Of a DNA stretch of 64,000 bases, positions 61,305 to 64,000 are shown piece after piece. Source of the stretch: an uncultured delta proteobacterium (lineage in GTDB: Bacteria > Desulfobacterota > RBG-13-43-22); NCBI GenBank assembly GCA_963790475.1, contig CAWBOS010000010.1:128001-192000 (forward strand). Reading direction: 5' to 3'. The first letter of the stretch is position 1. Each line of letters opens with the position of its first letter. The notes under the pieces were generated by a model. The model ran no database searches. It saw nothing but the letters and a program-made list of their open reading frames with translations, and had not been told where the DNA came from. The position numbers and the translations under genes are program-made.

Positions 61305-62612
61305 ATGACCGAAGCCACAAGCACCTCTAAGGCCGGATACATTCTGAAGAGCGGACAAAGGACCTATATTTTCGTGCTCCTGTTCCTGCTCTATTTCTTC
61401 GACGTGGTTGACCGTTACATGGTCTCTTCCATGTTCCCTTTCATCCAGAAAGAATGGGGACTGACCGACATGCAGAGCGGTTTGCTGGTGTCAACGGTTT
61501 ACTGGTCCATCGTTGTCTTTGTATTCCCAGGCTCCATCATAATCGACCGTTGGAGCCGCAGAAAGACCATCAGCATCATGGCGGTCTTATGGAGCATCGC
61601 TTCGATGGCCTGCGCCTTGGTCGGCAATTTCAGGCAGCTGTTCACGGCCCGGACATTCCTGGGCATTGGAGAAGCAGGTTACGGCGCCGGTGGGACGGCC
61701 ATGATTACCGGACTCTACCCCATAGAGAAGCGAGGCCGCATGATGGGCTTATGGAACGCGTCGATCCCGCTGGCCACCGCAACGGCCATAGCCCTGGGGG
61801 GTATAATCGCCACCCGCTGGGGGTGGCGGGCCGCCTTCGGACTGACGGCTCTCCCCGGTTTGATTGTGGCCATCCTGTTCTTTTTCATCAAGGACTACAG
61901 GACCGTTGAGCTGGTGAAAACGGTTATTCAGGGGGAAGGCGATGTGGCGTCAAGGATCAAAATGAAGGCCGGTGATGCCGCCAGGGAATTTCTCCGTACG
62001 CCGTCGCTCATTTTCATTTACCTCGGCATGGCCGCTGTGCAATTCGTGGCTGTGTCCATCATCACCTGGCTGCCTACCTATTTCAACCGTACGGGCCATA
62101 TTCCAATCGACCAGGCCGGAACCAAAGCCGGAGCGGTCATGTTGCTGTCCGTTATCGGCGCACCCCTGGGCGGTTTTCTGGCAGACCTGTGGGTTAAAAA
62201 GCGCCTCAACTCACGGCTTCCCTTTTCAGCGATAACAACGACCATAACGGCCTTCTTTACTTTCGCGGCCTTCTCTCTTTTTGAGGGTAACCTCCAGTTT
62301 GTCTGTCTATTGATTATGGGCGTATCCATTATCTCCTTCTTGCCGGCAGCGGCTGCCGCGACACAGGAGGTCGTTCATCCGGGACTGAGGGCAATTTCCT
62401 ACGCCATCGCGGTTATTTTCATGAATCTGTTGGGCGGGTCCCTGGGACCCATTGTGATAGGCGCCATCTCCGATGCCTCCGGCATCAGGACCGCTATGAT
62501 GGTCCTGCCGGTCATTCTCGTCATTGGAGCAGCCCTGTTTTTTACGGGCTCGTTCTTCTTCCTGAAGGATTACAACAAGGCGGAGAAGGTACCGCTGGAA
62601 CTGGAATCATAA
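61305..62612 (+). CDS. MFS transporter, Spinster-like; paralogue of 52080-53381
   Basis: FDVVDRYMVS...IQKEWGLTDMQSG, IDRWSRRK. Confidence 0.88.
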   Translation: MTEATSTSKAGYILKSGQRTYIFVLLFLLYFFDVVDRYMVSSMFPFIQKEWGLTDMQSGLLVSTVYWSIVVFVFPGSIIIDRWSRRKTISIMAVLWSIASMACALVGNFRQLFTARTFLGIGEAGYGAGGTAMITGLYPIEKRGRMMGLWNASIPLATATAIALGGIIATRWGWRAAFGLTALPGLIVAILFFFIKDYRTVELVKTVIQGEGDVASRIKMKAGDAAREFLRTPSLIFIYLGMAAVQFVAVSIITWLPTYFNRTGHIPIDQAGTKAGAVMLLSVIGAPLGGFLADLWVKKRLNSRLPFSAITTTITAFFTFAAFSLFEGNLQFVCLLIMGVSIISFLPAAAAATQEVVHPGLRAISYAIAVIFMNLLGGSLGPIVIGAISDASGIRTAMMVLPVILVIGAALFFTGSFFFLKDYNKAEKVPLELES

Positions 62613-62728
62613 TTGTTTACCATTATCAGTCCTGGGGAGTGATCCTGTCTGACTGCCGGGGTGACCTTGTACAGCACCGTCCGGCCCGCCGAATGCCCAG
62701 TCTCTATTTCCCAAGCCAATCACAGGAT

Positions 62729-63274
62729 CTATTTGTCAAGCAGGAAAAGGGACAGATATTTTAAGGGGATGGTCCTGACCCGGGAAAAACCGGATGATGC
62801 CGCCAGACTTTCAAACTGTTCCGGTGCGATACGGTGCTTCAACGGCGGACCGAAACCCTCTTCCCTGTATGGCCATTCTAAGACCGCAACCCGGAGGGTG
62901 CAGACCCGGGCGGATTCTTTGAGCGTTAAGAGGGGTTGTTCCGATTCATGGAGCAACAAACCCAGAAAAACAAGGTTAAAAGCATTTTCCTCGAAAGGCA
63001 GTTTTTCCGACGAAGCCAGTTGGAAACTGGCGCCGGGAACGTAAGCCCGCGCGGCCTCCAGCATCGGCTCCTGGATATCGACCCCGGTCACTTCCAGGCC
63101 CTGATGGAAGAAAGCTTCAGCAAAAATACCGCTGCCGGTTCCGACATCGAGGATCGTTCGAGGGTTAATACCCTCCAGACACAACCTGACCACCTTATCG
63201 GTTTCAAGAAAGGCCAGGCGTTTCGGGTCGCGGAGTTTTTCGATTTTATCACGGTACACTTTGTCATCGCTCAT
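62729..63274 (-). CDS. Class I SAM-dependent methyltransferase
   Basis: ILDVGTGSG, GVD, LPFEENAF, GPPLKHR. Confidence 0.9.
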   Translation of the reverse strand: MSDDKVYRDKIEKLRDPKRLAFLETDKVVRLCLEGINPRTILDVGTGSGIFAEAFFHQGLEVTGVDIQEPMLEAARAYVPGASFQLASSEKLPFEENAFNLVFLGLLLHESEQPLLTLKESARVCTLRVAVLEWPYREEGFGPPLKHRIAPEQFESLAASSGFSRVRTIPLKYLSLFLLDK

Positions 63275-63306
63275 GATAAGGTCTCCATCAGTATCTTCAA
63301 TTTTGT

Positions 63307-64000
63307 TCAATTACCGGTAAACACCGGCCTTCTTTTCTCTCTAAAAGCGCGGCCGCCTTCCTGTTGGTCCTGACTGTTGGAGACGGCCAGGAGGTCGCGG
63401 CGGGCGATACCGGATTGCTCGGAAGGTCCTTTGGGCAAAACCGCGTTGCGGATGAAACGCTTGAGCATGGTGATCACCAGGGGTGCGCTGTCCCTCAGAA
63501 TTTTCGCGTACTCCAGGGCGCCTTCGATATGTTTGCCTTTTGGTGTTACCTGGTTCACGAAACCGACTTCGTAGGCCCGTTGGGCGTTGTAATGTTTCCC
63601 GGTAAGCATGAACTCCATGGCGATCTTATGAGGCACCCGGGCAGCCAGGCCGGCGATCAGGCCGCCGCAGAATCCCACCTGGGCCTCGGGATAAAAAAAG
63701 TCGGCGTTTTCGGCGGCGACGGCTATATCACAGAACTGGACCAGCACGGCCCCGCCGCCCACACAATATCCGGATACGGCGGCGACTATCGGTTTGTCCA
63801 CATCCACACCGACCCCGGGCATACATTCCCAGAGTTCCGGATTGCGCGGCGGATCGCGCAAATCGGCGCCGGCAGTGAAGGCCTTTTCCCCGGCTCCGGT
63901 GACAATGGCACAGCGGTCGTCACTCTGGTTAAAGCGGATGAAAGCACTCTTCAGCCCGGCCACCACAGCGCCCGAAGGGCGTTGAGCTGCCCGGGGCGGT
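63307..64000 (-). CDS. Enoyl-CoA hydratase/isomerase, 5'-partial, apparent frameshift near window edge
   Basis: AFTAGADL, GYCVGGG, AFREKRRPVF; RPGQLNAL motif lies in a different frame. Confidence 0.85.
   Translation of the reverse strand, partial: PPRAAQRPSGAVVAGLKSAFIRFNQSDDRCAIVTGAGEKAFTAGADLRDPPRNPELWECMPGVGVDVDKPIVAAVSGYCVGGGAVLVQFCDIAVAAENADFFYPEAQVGFCGGLIAGLAARVPHKIAMEFMLTGKHYNAQRAYEVGFVNQVTPKGKHIEGALEYAKILRDSAPLVITMLKRFIRNAVLPKGPSEQSGIARRDLLAVSNSQDQQEGGRAFREKRRPVFTGN

Noticed and set aside
1-64000. CRISPR array, prophage or intact defence system
   Set aside because: No regularly spaced repeats, cas genes, phage structural genes or intact integrase seen

Overview
64 kb of a bacterial chromosome, most consistent with an anaerobic Desulfobacterota (deltaproteobacterial) lineage, judged from selB, the pan RNA motif, a PilR-like sigma54 regulator and an acyl-CoA catabolic repertoire. 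Housekeeping blocks (ispB-like, lon/hsp20, selB, greA, pstSCABB, tRNA-Arg(UCG), yggT/yggU, panCD, pyrBC, UvrD) alternate with accessory patches rich in decayed and duplicated DNA. Main findings missed by the ORF track: (1) a 74-aa glutaredoxin-like gene with two in-frame UGA codons, each followed by a SECIS-like hairpin (9479-9703), downstream of selB and a CMD/AhpD-like gene; (2) a duplicated TetR/operator module (49.5-62.6 kb), with three promoters sharing the palindrome AATGACTATAGTCATT ahead of a histidine/serine decarboxylase, a sphingosine-1-phosphate-lyase-like enzyme, two Spinster-like MFS paralogues, amidase-type enzymes and a porin; (3) two cases of cargo genes flanked by direct repeats of a promoter plus gene 5' end; (4) back-to-back attenuators: a pan motif before panC and a pyrL-like 30-codon leader before pyrB; (5) a 143-bp IS5-type MITE with a target duplication, attC-like/recombinase remnants, an IS1380 relic and several internally deleted pseudogenes. 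All family assignments are from motif recognition; no database searches were run.
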